NCBI GenBank assembly: GCA_964486045.1 | Contig: CAZALK010000010.1 | Span: 32,001 to 96,000, forward strand | Direction: 5' to 3' | Source of the DNA: an uncultured archaeon | GTDB taxonomy: Archaea; Asgardarchaeota; Lokiarchaeia; Sigyniarchaeales; SOKP01 | Length of the DNA: 64,000 nt | Shown here: positions 18,836 to 28,322 of the stretch, piece by piece | Layout of the letters: every line of letters starts with the position of its first letter | Position numbering within the stretch: position 1 is the stretch's first letter | Position numbers and translations under genes: made by a program | Notes under the pieces: generated by a model | What the model was told of the DNA's origin: nothing | Seen by the model: only the letters and a program-made list of their open reading frames with translations | Databases searched by the model: none

Positions 18836-21208
18836 ATGAATTGCTTATTCTGTGAAAGCCAAAAAATCGATCACACATGCGAAAAATGTAAATCTAGCTT
18901 TTGCATTAATCATATTGCCACTACTGAAATTCATGAATGTAAGAAGCATAATATTATTTATTCAAAAGCAAAGGCAGCAGAAAGAAATTTTAAATGTACT
19001 ATTGTCGAAGATAGTGCGTGTCCTGTTTGTAAATCTCTTTTAAGATTGGAAAGATTATCATCAGGACAATATTATTTAGAATGTACAAATCCTCAGTGTC
19101 CTGATTCATGGAATTCTTATTTGAAAACTCCAGGTTTGTTTTTCCCTTCAAAGGAAAAACTAGCAAGAGAAGCCTTAAGGTACAATCTAATAAGAGGAAA
19201 TAGATTAATTTTATGCGGAAAGAGATTAAAACATATTATAGGGAAAGAAATATGTCCTAACTGCTTTTTGGATTTGTTAAAAAGAGCTACTCTCACTAAT
19301 TTTTCCACAATAATGGATTCTTTTAATATCACAGCAGAACAAATGATAAAATTTATTAATAAATATATAGGGGAAGAGAGAATCTATGGAATAATTGATC
19401 AGAAAAATCAAATGTTCTATTATATATCCCCTGAAATACGTGAAAAATTATTGGCCAAATTCAATGATGTTGGAATTATTAAAGTAGAAGATTTAGCAAC
19501 AATGTTAGATATGAGTAGCGAAATTGCCCGAAATGTAATCTATAAGTTAATTAGCCAATTTCAAATAAAAGGATCATTTTCACAAGACAAAAATGTTTAT
19601 TACACTCAAAAGTACGTAATGGATAGATTGATAAATAGTATTAAGAAGAAGGGAAGGATCTCTTTAAAAAACCTCGCAAATGAATTTAGCCTACCGAAAG
19701 AACTGGTAAAATCATTTTGTGTCAATTTAATGAGAGCAAAAGCCGTCAACGGTTATTTTGCTGATAGAGGTAATGAAGTAATTACTGCTGGTCAAATTCA
19801 TAGGGAGATTAAAGCTTTTGCTAAAAAAGAAGGATTATTTGAGCTTAATAAACTAGCTACAAAATTGAAAATAGCCGTAGAACTAGCCAGAAAAAGTCTT
19901 CATGAATTAATTAAAACCGGTAAAATTAAAGGTATATTTACTCAACGAAGAGAATTCATGACATTTAAGCATTTAGAAACAAAAATAAAAGATCTCGCAA
20001 GAGCTTATAGAACTATGCCCTTAAGAGAGCTATCAAACAGACTTGGAGTTACTGAATCAAGCATAGAGGAGAATCTGGCGCAAATTATTGCAAGAGGAGA
20101 TATTGATGGATATATAGACATGTCGAAAAGAACTTTTGTTGCCTATTCGGTGCCAATGGAGGAGAAACATAGAGTTAAGTCAAAAGTGACCAAACCATCT
20201 AATAATGGTAAGGTTGAAGTAACACGTGCCTATGATTTCATCGGAGGTCAGTTACACATGAAAATTGTAGTAACGAATAAGAGTGATATGGCTATAAATT
20301 CAGTAAAAGTTATCTTAGATGCCCCTTCAAGTTATAACATAAAAACACCTTTGATTAGTATCCCTTTTATTGAAGCAAATAACTCTAGAGGTGTCGATTT
20401 CTACTTAGAGCCAAAAGAGTGTGGAAAATCTTCAATTGGGGGAGATGTGATATACAAAACAGCCTTGGGGGAAAAAAGTACAATTCACATAAAAAAACGC
20501 GATGTTCAGATAAAATGCCCCCTTGTTGTTTCATGTTTATCAACAATCGAGGATGTCCAGCTTTCGATTCAAGATTTACCAAACGATGCACGTGCATTTT
20601 TGGTAGCAGACTTAGACCCTAGATTGGCTTATAGAGCTGCTGTTCGGACATTAAAACGTTTTGACGTAAGCACAGTAACGTCACATGAAGGAAAAGATGC
20701 TAAGGGAAAATATGAAGCAGAGAGTTGGCATTGTTCAGAAGCAAAGATCGGTGGAGGCAGAATAATAACCAGGATTTATGTCTCCGAGGTAAATCAATCA
20801 TTAGAAGTGAGAGTTTGGTGCGGGAGCGCTTCGCAATTAACTGGTTTCCTGGCGAAAGTTATTGAACTGTTATTTGAGGAAATCAACATCATTCGGAAGA
20901 TTAAATCAGAAGAGCGTGAGAAAACTATTGATTTAATGGCTATAACTCAAAATTTAGCTGAAGTTTCAGACTATTGTATGCTTAGATGGAAGGCTCAAAA
21001 CATCAGAACTAAATTACATGACACTTTCGTGCGTGTTAGGAAAGTTATTGGTGATAAAAATGAGGCAGTCCTCGGAAGGTTAGAGTTTTGGCTCACAGAA
21101 TTAAATAAATATGGTAAAGATGAGAAAATCTCTGAAGAAAATGCTGATAAACTTGTTAACGATGTAGAGAACTTCAAAGCTGTCATTGCCCGGTCTATAA
21201 AATTATAA
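18836..21208 (+). CDS. Multidomain protein: Cys-rich Zn fingers, tandem winged-helix (PCI/DDRGK/UFL1-like) repeats, Ig-like ear (GAE)-platform and helical end
   Basis: N-terminal CxxC/H clusters; about 5 repeats of 'G.I....LA..L....I..G.I.G.....Y'; C-terminal beta-sandwich 'KIVVTNKSDMAINSVKVIL...VDFYLEP.ECG...IGG.V.Y'. Confidence 0.7.
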   Translation: MNCLFCESQKIDHTCEKCKSSFCINHIATTEIHECKKHNIIYSKAKAAERNFKCTIVEDSACPVCKSLLRLERLSSGQYYLECTNPQCPDSWNSYLKTPGLFFPSKEKLAREALRYNLIRGNRLILCGKRLKHIIGKEICPNCFLDLLKRATLTNFSTIMDSFNITAEQMIKFINKYIGEERIYGIIDQKNQMFYYISPEIREKLLAKFNDVGIIKVEDLATMLDMSSEIARNVIYKLISQFQIKGSFSQDKNVYYTQKYVMDRLINSIKKKGRISLKNLANEFSLPKELVKSFCVNLMRAKAVNGYFADRGNEVITAGQIHREIKAFAKKEGLFELNKLATKLKIAVELARKSLHELIKTGKIKGIFTQRREFMTFKHLETKIKDLARAYRTMPLRELSNRLGVTESSIEENLAQIIARGDIDGYIDMSKRTFVAYSVPMEEKHRVKSKVTKPSNNGKVEVTRAYDFIGGQLHMKIVVTNKSDMAINSVKVILDAPSSYNIKTPLISIPFIEANNSRGVDFYLEPKECGKSSIGGDVIYKTALGEKSTIHIKKRDVQIKCPLVVSCLSTIEDVQLSIQDLPNDARAFLVADLDPRLAYRAAVRTLKRFDVSTVTSHEGKDAKGKYEAESWHCSEAKIGGGRIITRIYVSEVNQSLEVRVWCGSASQLTGFLAKVIELLFEEINIIRKIKSEEREKTIDLMAITQNLAEVSDYCMLRWKAQNIRTKLHDTFVRVRKVIGDKNEAVLGRLEFWLTELNKYGKDEKISEENADKLVNDVENFKAVIARSIKL

Positions 21209-21283
21209 AATAATTCCCAATAAAAGTTTAAATATTTTGATTTGATCATTATTATTAATATAACAATATAACAAAACCTAATT

Positions 21284-21697
21284 ATGCCCATTATATCTAT
21301 TTCCATCAATGAAAGCCTTAAAAAATTCATTAATAAACTAATCTCAAAAAATCAATATGAGAATAAATCAAAATTGATAAGAGATGCATTATTGAGACTA
21401 ATGTCTACAGTAGATATTTCTAGTATTGATGATGTTAGCGATTCAGGCCCAGCTCCTAAGAATATTGTTGGAAACATGATTCTTGTCGCACCCAACGACT
21501 CGAATATTCAAAAAAAGATAAATAGGATTGAAAGTAAATATAAAGACCAAATTATAAGCAAGAACCAAAACTTTGTTGATCAAAGCGTAGTAATGTTTAT
21601 GATATTTGAGGGAAAACTTCAAGATTTCCAAAAACTGGTTGTTGAAATAAACAGTATTGAAGAACTCAAAAATTTCAGGTATCTTATTATAAATTAA
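21284..21697 (+). CDS. Ribbon-helix-helix (CopG/NikR-like) transcription regulator
   Basis: 'MPIISISINESL...YENKSKLIRDAL' followed by an ACT-like C-domain. Confidence 0.8.
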   Translation: MPIISISINESLKKFINKLISKNQYENKSKLIRDALLRLMSTVDISSIDDVSDSGPAPKNIVGNMILVAPNDSNIQKKINRIESKYKDQIISKNQNFVDQSVVMFMIFEGKLQDFQKLVVEINSIEELKNFRYLIIN

Positions 21698-21779
21698 GTC
21701 TCATACTTTTTTCATCAAAGCTGAAATACTGTTTTAAAAGCTATTAAATTATAAATTCAAGTTACATTGTGAGATTATC

Positions 21780-22139
21780 ATGGGAAAAAACAGGTATGGA
21801 AAAGTTAGACAGAAAAAAGGGAAAAATTTTCCAGGAAGATCTAGTAAAAAGGGAGATCCAATACGGAATGGGAAAATCAAGGCGAGTCATATTTTAGTTG
21901 ACAAATTTAGCAAGGCTCAAGAAATATATGAAGATTTAGGAGCGGGAGAGAGCTTTCAAAAGTTAGCTCAACAATATTCAACTTGTCCTAGTAAGAAGAA
22001 AGGTGGAAACTTAGGTGAATTTTCAAAAGGAGATATGGTCCCTGAGTTCTGGAATACTTGTACTAAATTAAAATTGGGCAATATTTCTCAACCTGTTAAA
22101 ACTCAATTTGGATATCACGTTATAAAACGAACTGGTTAG
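21780..22139 (+). CDS. ppiC: Parvulin-type peptidyl-prolyl isomerase with a basic N-terminal extension
   Basis: 'ASHILV', 'YSTCPSKKKGGNLGEF', 'MVPEF', 'PVKTQFGYHVI'. Confidence 0.92.
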   Translation: MGKNRYGKVRQKKGKNFPGRSSKKGDPIRNGKIKASHILVDKFSKAQEIYEDLGAGESFQKLAQQYSTCPSKKKGGNLGEFSKGDMVPEFWNTCTKLKLGNISQPVKTQFGYHVIKRTG

Positions 22140-22147
22140 AAGAAAAA

Positions 22148-22280
22148 TAGCCCAGCACGGAATTCCGAATAACGATAAGTTCATTAAATTTTCGAACCGT
22201 GGTCCAGGGGTTCAGGGCCCCCGATGCTTGACCTTTACACTATTGAGCAACAATCATGCTCAATTCTACACCACTGGGCT
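22148..22280 (-). tRNA. tRNA-Gln(CUG) with two non-canonical introns (D-loop ~22235-22265; T-loop ~22162-22190)
   Basis: Acceptor AGCCCAG/CTGGGCT+A; D arm GTGT...GCAT; anticodon stem GGGGG/CCCCT with loop CC-CTG-AA; T arm CACGG-TTCGAA..T-CCGTG. Both inserts interrupt loops. Confidence 0.85.
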
Positions 22281-22450
22281 GTATTAATAATTAATTATGA
22301 TTAATAATCTATTTTTTCTAAAAAATTTATGCTATTTGCTGAAATCTTGATATCTAATAGGAGAAAGCCAGCTAAAAATAGCCAATTTTTAATTACAAAT
22401 TTATTGTAAAATAGGAAAAATTTATTTACTAAGATCGATATTAATTTTAT

Positions 22451-22615
22451 GGATTACACATTCTTAATGGGAGGTCTCGAAAAGGTATCAGTTTCAAAAA
22501 CTAATTTTTAAACCCCGTGAAAGTCTCGGTATCAAGCCGTATTTCGGGAAACTGAAAAAAAAACCTAGTAAACTGTTTTACTTTTTTTACAATTTTTCCT
22601 CCTATGGTGTAATCC
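22451..22615 (+). ncRNA. Candidate ~165-nt structured non-coding RNA of unknown family
   Basis: Nested helices GGATTACAC/GTGTAATCC, ATGGGAGG/CCTCCTAT, AGGT/ACCT, TCAGTTTC/GAAACTGA. TATA-like TTTATTTA about 25-30 nt upstream; pyrimidine run downstream; no ORF. Confidence 0.55.
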
Positions 22616-22696
22616 ACCCTTTCTAAATTAAAATAGTATGTGATATTAGTATATTATCAACAGGTTAGAATTCAGAATATGGAAATCAGGCTTATT

Positions 22697-23902
22697 TTAT
22701 TCTTTATGAAATAGTTCGAATATTTCGTAAAAATACTTGTCTGACATACCTGCCATATAATCTCTAACAATTAAGGTTAGTTTATTCGTCTTTTTTAAAG
22801 GTTTAAAATATGTGCTATAATTTTTATCGTCAATATATTCAATATGATCCTTAAAAATTGGGCTATTAAAATTTTCTTCCTTTAGATCTACTAAACACTT
22901 ATCAAAGATTTGTTTAAACTTACTTTTTAATCTTTCTACAAAATTTTCATATGATAAAACTTTGTTATCTCTCCTAGTGTATATGTTTTCATAATTAAAT
23001 TTCTTCAATTCCCTTAAAGCTTGGAAAATATTATCACTGTAACCAATGACATCATTATCCAAACTGAAATTAAGTAAGTCAGTTATTAAAGTGTTAATAA
23101 TCATTGCATTTGTATCTCCAAGTACTTTTTTGCATGATTCTGGGATTTGGTCTCGATTTATAAGCTTTAGTAGTATAGCATCCTCAATATCCCTTCCAAT
23201 ATAGGCAATTGAATCACTAAGTCTTACGACAATGCCCTCAAAACTCATAGGAATTCTTTTAATTTTGTTTTCATTAAAACAATCTTTATATTCTGAAAAA
23301 TAAACTTCCCAAGTTTTTCCGTTTCGTTTATATGGCTTCAATTCTTGTTCATTTACCTCACCATCATGGCAAAGTATACCATCTAACACTTGCAAAGTTA
23401 AGTTAAGCCCTTTAGCAGGTTTATCCGGGTGTTGTTTTTCAAGATTAGAAAGCCATCTTACTCCTTGTGCATTATGCAAAAAAGTACCCATGCTGTATTC
23501 CCTACTAATGTCATCTAAGATTTCTTCACCGAGGTGACCATAAGGGGCGTGGCCTATGTCATGTCCTAAGGCTATTCCTTCGATTAAATCTGTGTTTAAT
23601 CTTAAAACTCGGCCTATTTGGCGAGCTATTCTTGAAACTATATGTACATGAAGTGAACGATGGGTAATATTGGCATTATTTATCTCAAAGAAGACTTGGG
23701 ATTTATCTATATATCGAGCATAAGCTCTCGAATGTACAATGCGGTCCACATCTCTAAAAAAAGGAGGTCTAATATCTTCACTTTCTTCTTCATGAAATCG
23801 AGTAGCTTCCGAGTCCAATATCCCATGGATCCCCACATTAACATCTCTTTTCATTCTTGCTTGTAATTGCTCAGAAATTTTCTTATCCATTACTTTATTC
23901 AA
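22697..23902 (-). CDS. dgt: HD-domain dNTP triphosphohydrolase (dGTPase-like)
   Basis: 'RPPFFRDVDRIVHS', 'KSQVF', 'THRSLH', 'GHDIGHAPYGHLGE', 'DYMAGMSD'. Confidence 0.9.
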   Translation of the reverse strand: MNKVMDKKISEQLQARMKRDVNVGIHGILDSEATRFHEEESEDIRPPFFRDVDRIVHSRAYARYIDKSQVFFEINNANITHRSLHVHIVSRIARQIGRVLRLNTDLIEGIALGHDIGHAPYGHLGEEILDDISREYSMGTFLHNAQGVRWLSNLEKQHPDKPAKGLNLTLQVLDGILCHDGEVNEQELKPYKRNGKTWEVYFSEYKDCFNENKIKRIPMSFEGIVVRLSDSIAYIGRDIEDAILLKLINRDQIPESCKKVLGDTNAMIINTLITDLLNFSLDNDVIGYSDNIFQALRELKKFNYENIYTRRDNKVLSYENFVERLKSKFKQIFDKCLVDLKEENFNSPIFKDHIEYIDDKNYSTYFKPLKKTNKLTLIVRDYMAGMSDKYFYEIFELFHKE

Positions 23903-24037
23903 ACCTTTGAGAATTTTCCTTAATATATGAGTAGAACTATTAAAATAAAGGTTTATCTTATCAAAAAATTTGATTCATCAAACTTAATTAGGTAAATCTG
24001 AAGCTTTGGCTTGAAATTTTCCTCATAAATATTGATT

Positions 24038-24985
24038 TTATCCAAATTTAATGGTAATAGCGTCATAAGGACATAATTCTTTGCATTTCAAGCAGAAATT
24101 GCATTCTCCTTTACCGGTAAAAAACTCAAATGGTTCATCTAACATTCTAATTTGTTTTGGGCAGGTTTTTTCGCATATACCGCATTCAGCCCTTCCTACA
24201 CATTTTACAGGGTTCCTTGATAACTTCAAGAATGAAAATTCTCCCACTGCTGAAGCTACTGCTCCAAATGGGCAAATATACTTACAATAAATTCTTGGAT
24301 ACCATACTGATAAGACTATTACTATTAAATAAAAGATAAAGATGATAAATGTTAGTAAATTGGAGAATAATGGTTGTAGGCTCCCTGTGAGAATCATATC
24401 TCTAAGCATATTTGGGAAGAAAACAAAAATGTATTCAGATAAAGAAAAATAGCCCATAGGTTTTTCTCCAAGAGCTCCTATATTATTTCTATAATCTATA
24501 TAGAAGAGATTGTTTGATATTTTTGAAATCCCTAAAGGAATGATGAGAATTATGATTATTATCACAATCACATATTTAACTTTTAATAATGATTTATGCA
24601 TGTTTGTTTTTATATTCTTTTTCTTTGTTGGAATAGCCGTACATACATCTTGAATAGCGCCGATTGGACAAATCCAGCCACAAAATACACGATTTGTAAA
24701 TAAAAGTATCATTATTAATAACGCGATTAGAAATAATGGAATTATTCCTTCGGTGATTGAGAAGAAAATATATTCCAGAATTCCAGCCCCATTTGAGAGA
24801 GAATTTCTTGGAGAATTTAAAATTGGAAGAACTTTAATAAGGTTGTCTAAACTTAATAGATTGATTGAAAAAATTACTTCTATAATAATATAATTGATTA
24901 ATAGAAACGCAATAACTTGAATAACTCTTCTCAATATAGTTATTGGTTGATTTTTTAACTTATTTTTAAAGCTTATTATATTCAA
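24038..24985 (-). CDS. NapH/MauN-type membrane polyferredoxin (4Fe-4S binding)
   Basis: Two 'CxxxCP' motifs (FCGWICP, YCKYICP), TM helices and C-terminal ferredoxin-type Cys clusters. Confidence 0.88.
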   Translation of the reverse strand: MNIISFKNKLKNQPITILRRVIQVIAFLLINYIIIEVIFSINLLSLDNLIKVLPILNSPRNSLSNGAGILEYIFFSITEGIIPLFLIALLIMILLFTNRVFCGWICPIGAIQDVCTAIPTKKKNIKTNMHKSLLKVKYVIVIIIIILIIPLGISKISNNLFYIDYRNNIGALGEKPMGYFSLSEYIFVFFPNMLRDMILTGSLQPLFSNLLTFIIFIFYLIVIVLSVWYPRIYCKYICPFGAVASAVGEFSFLKLSRNPVKCVGRAECGICEKTCPKQIRMLDEPFEFFTGKGECNFCLKCKELCPYDAITIKFG

Positions 24986-25177
24986 AAATTACCACATAAC
25001 ACTCTTTTAAAAAGTTTAATTAATACTGTTTAAAAAAATTAATTCTTCTGTAGAAGAAAATTCATTTGAATGATTATCGTATTATTTAATAATTCTTATG
25101 AAAAATTGAATTAAAAAATAAAGAGAAAAAGATCTTTACAACTAAATGTGATGTTTCTACTGTATTCTAAAGATAGA

Positions 25178-27088
25178 TCACTTTAAGACAACAGTTTCCA
25201 AGTTCAATGGACTTTTTGTTTGTTTTCTTAACTTTTTATGAATCATCGTTGACAAACTCACACATTTAGAAGCTTCACCATGGTTAACTATTATTGATTT
25301 TGGTCTTGGTTGAATTCTTCTTAAAAATTGGGAGATCTGGCTACGAGAAGAATGTCCGCTAAAACCTTCAAGTGTAAATACTTTTAGATTTATCTTTACT
25401 AGTTGTGTGCGTCCTTTTGCATCAATATAGTTAAATTCCTTGAATCCACGATGGATTCTATTCCCAAGAGTGCCTGAAACTTGATAAGAAACGAAGACTA
25501 ATGAATTCTTTGAGTCTTCAGCTAATGCTTTTAAGTATTGAACAGATGGACCACCTATAAGCATTCCACTTGTAGCTAAGATAATACAAGGCCCCCCCTT
25601 TATAATATCAAGTCTTTCAGATTGAGCAGAAACTGTTTCAAAGAAATCACTTAAAAAGGGATTTTTTCCTTGATGTAAAATCTTCTCTCGTAAATCACTA
25701 CTAAGAAAGTCTGGATTAGCTGTGTGAATAGCAGTAGCTTCACTTATTAAACCATCAATAAAAATAGGTACTCTATCAATAAATCCTTTAGTGATATATT
25801 CTTCTAAGACTATTAATAATTCCTGAGCTCGCCCTACAGCAAGAACGGGAATCAAGACTTTTCCACCCCTTTTAAGCGTAGAGTTTAATATCTGTTTAAA
25901 TTCTTTTTCAGATTCTTGCCTACTAGCTATACGATCTTGAGGTCCCCCATACGTTGATTCAATTAATAGGGTTTCCACTCTTGGAAATTTGGTCGCTGCT
26001 TTTTCTAATAATCGAGTTTTCTGAAATTTAAAATCTCCCGTGTATACAAAATTATAGTCACCTTTTCCAAAATGTAAATGTACCATTGAGGATCCTAAGA
26101 TATGGCCTGAATTATGAAGAGTTAATTTAATATCGGGAGCAATATCTGTCACTTTACCCCAAGAGAGAGGAATTGTATGAAGAACAGTGGTTTTAACATC
26201 TCTTTTTGAATATGGTAGGGGAGATCCTTCTTTCTCACAAATTTGAATGAAATCTAATTGCAACATTGTTGCTAAATTTCTCGTAGGTAATGTGCAATAT
26301 ACAGGACCACGATACCCGTATTTAAAAAGAAATGGAACAAGCCCACAATGATCTAAATGAGAATGAGAAATAATAACAGCATCAAGATCTCTTAGTGAGA
26401 ATTCTGGTGCCTCAAAATAGGGGAATTTATCATGAGGACTTCCGACATTCAATCCAACATCCAGTAAAACACTGCTATCTCTTGTCTGCATTAATACACA
26501 AGATCTACCTACCTCTCGAAAACCTCCTAAGGCAGTTAATCTTATGTTCAAGTTCCTAAACAGAGCTGGTCTATGAATTCTCTTACCTATTTGTAATAAA
26601 ATATCTTTTTGCGTTTGTCTCTCTTTTTTCAGCATACCCCTAATTAATTGAATGGTTCTAGATGCTAATGGAGGTGTCCTAATGGTTCTAGGTTGCCAAA
26701 ATGTATTTGCTCTTATATCCTTTAAATTCACTCCTTTTTTACCAATAACAAGCCCAGGCTTCCCTGATTCAATAATGACTTCACCCCGTGTGTGATCAAA
26801 CTCTATTACGCCAATCTCTGCATCCTTACTAACTAAATTTCTAATGTAATCTTCAGTTTCAGTTGGATCCTTGCGTTTGTCTACATTCCATCGGAAAACA
26901 ACACGTTTTCGCATAGTTTTCGCAAGATCTTTAAGCACAGTAGAATTTTCAATAGCTTCTACGTCTGCATTCTCTGAATATACAGCAATCTCAGGACCTT
27001 CGAACTCTATTTTCTTAACTTTAATTTCAGGTGGAAGAATTTCGACAATTTCATTTTTAATCCTTTGTAATTCTCCTTCAAAACTCAT
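25178..27088 (-). CDS. fttA: Archaeal beta-CASP ribonuclease aCPSF1 / transcription termination factor FttA
   Basis: KH domains (KPGLVIGKKG), SHSHLDH metallo-beta-lactamase motif, GHILGS, ESTYG, FSGHS, NHGE. Confidence 0.95.
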   Translation of the reverse strand: MSFEGELQRIKNEIVEILPPEIKVKKIEFEGPEIAVYSENADVEAIENSTVLKDLAKTMRKRVVFRWNVDKRKDPTETEDYIRNLVSKDAEIGVIEFDHTRGEVIIESGKPGLVIGKKGVNLKDIRANTFWQPRTIRTPPLASRTIQLIRGMLKKERQTQKDILLQIGKRIHRPALFRNLNIRLTALGGFREVGRSCVLMQTRDSSVLLDVGLNVGSPHDKFPYFEAPEFSLRDLDAVIISHSHLDHCGLVPFLFKYGYRGPVYCTLPTRNLATMLQLDFIQICEKEGSPLPYSKRDVKTTVLHTIPLSWGKVTDIAPDIKLTLHNSGHILGSSMVHLHFGKGDYNFVYTGDFKFQKTRLLEKAATKFPRVETLLIESTYGGPQDRIASRQESEKEFKQILNSTLKRGGKVLIPVLAVGRAQELLIVLEEYITKGFIDRVPIFIDGLISEATAIHTANPDFLSSDLREKILHQGKNPFLSDFFETVSAQSERLDIIKGGPCIILATSGMLIGGPSVQYLKALAEDSKNSLVFVSYQVSGTLGNRIHRGFKEFNYIDAKGRTQLVKINLKVFTLEGFSGHSSRSQISQFLRRIQPRPKSIIVNHGEASKCVSLSTMIHKKLRKQTKSPLNLETVVLK

Positions 27089-27470
27089 AACTCTTCATTC
27101 ATTTATTTATTTATGTTATACAATATATGCAATTATTTCTAAAAATGCAAGTTTAAAACCTATTTTCTTCTGAATTATCATTAAAAGTTCATGTTGAATT
27201 ATTGATTTAGTAAACTCAAAATTTCATTTATATATGTTTATGCTTTGACATTTGGTAAATACAATTTTTACATAAATAGGATAGTTTTCTCTCACAACAG
27301 ATTTACAATAGAAGAGAATAATTTTTAGAATGAAATAATTCTAAATTTCTATGTTAGATATAAATTAATCAAATAAAAACATTATGTTTATTGAAAAAAC
27401 AGTCATATAAATACTATTTCTCTTCTCTCGAATAGATAGATTTTTTTGAAAATAATTCTTAGATTGAATT

Positions 27471-28103
27471 ATGGGAAAAGTTAAAATTGGGGCTATTGCT
27501 AGTGGAAGTGGTTCTAACTTTGAGTCTATTGTCGCATCATGTGAAACTGGAATTTTAAAGGAAAAAGCTACTATGGAAATTCTTATTTGTAACAAACCAG
27601 GAATGTATTGCATGGCACGAGCTAAAAATCATAATATTCCATACGAACTCATTGAATCAGATAAATTTAAGGGAACAAGGGAAGAGTTTGACCAAAAAAT
27701 GATTAACGTCTTGGATAAATACGGATGTGAATTAATTGTGCTAGTAGGTTATATGAGATTTGTTAGCAAAATGTTTATTGATTATTTTAAGGGTAACGCT
27801 ATGAATATACATCCAGCACTTCTTCCTTCTTTTAAGGGAATGCACGCTCATGAAGACGCATTAACTTATGGTGTTAAAATTTCGGGAGTTACAGTTCATT
27901 TTGTCGACCCTTTAGAAGATCATGGACCAATAATTATACAACACGCTGTTCCTGTATATGACACAGATACGAAGGACACATTAGGGTCTAGAATTCTTAA
28001 ATTGGAACATAAAGCTTTTCCAAAAGCTATTGAATTATTCTGTGATGGAAGATTGCATACAGACGGGAGAATTGTTAGGATCGATGGTGAAGTTAATCTA
28101 TAA
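27471..28103 (+). CDS. purN: Phosphoribosylglycinamide formyltransferase
   Basis: 'ASGSGSN', 'NIHPALLPSFKG', 'GVTVHFV...DHGPII'. Confidence 0.95.
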   Translation: MGKVKIGAIASGSGSNFESIVASCETGILKEKATMEILICNKPGMYCMARAKNHNIPYELIESDKFKGTREEFDQKMINVLDKYGCELIVLVGYMRFVSKMFIDYFKGNAMNIHPALLPSFKGMHAHEDALTYGVKISGVTVHFVDPLEDHGPIIIQHAVPVYDTDTKDTLGSRILKLEHKAFPKAIELFCDGRLHTDGRIVRIDGEVNL

Positions 28104-28121
28104 AATCCATTAATTTATTAT

Positions 28122-28222
28122 GGGAAATGATTTTTAATCATATGATAACTCTGACCCAACTGAAATCGAGATTTTAAATTCGATAAATGTAGAAGATCTT
28201 GAGTAATGAAAAATCATTTCCC
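28122..28222. repeat. 101-bp element bounded by a perfect 14-bp inverted repeat
   Basis: GGGAAATGATTTTT (28122-28135) and AAAAATCATTTCCC (28209-28222). Confidence 0.65.
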
Positions 28223-28322
28223 TCCTTACTTTCGTTTAATCTCTGCAGTAATTAAATACTAAAGTTTTAATCAAAGAAATTATAATCTAAAATAATTAAT
28301 TAGATCACTTTTTCACAGCAGA

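Noticed and set aside
22451-22615. RNase P RNA, SRP RNA or a tRNA
   Set aside because: Too short and lacking their conserved signatures; no cloverleaf or T-loop.
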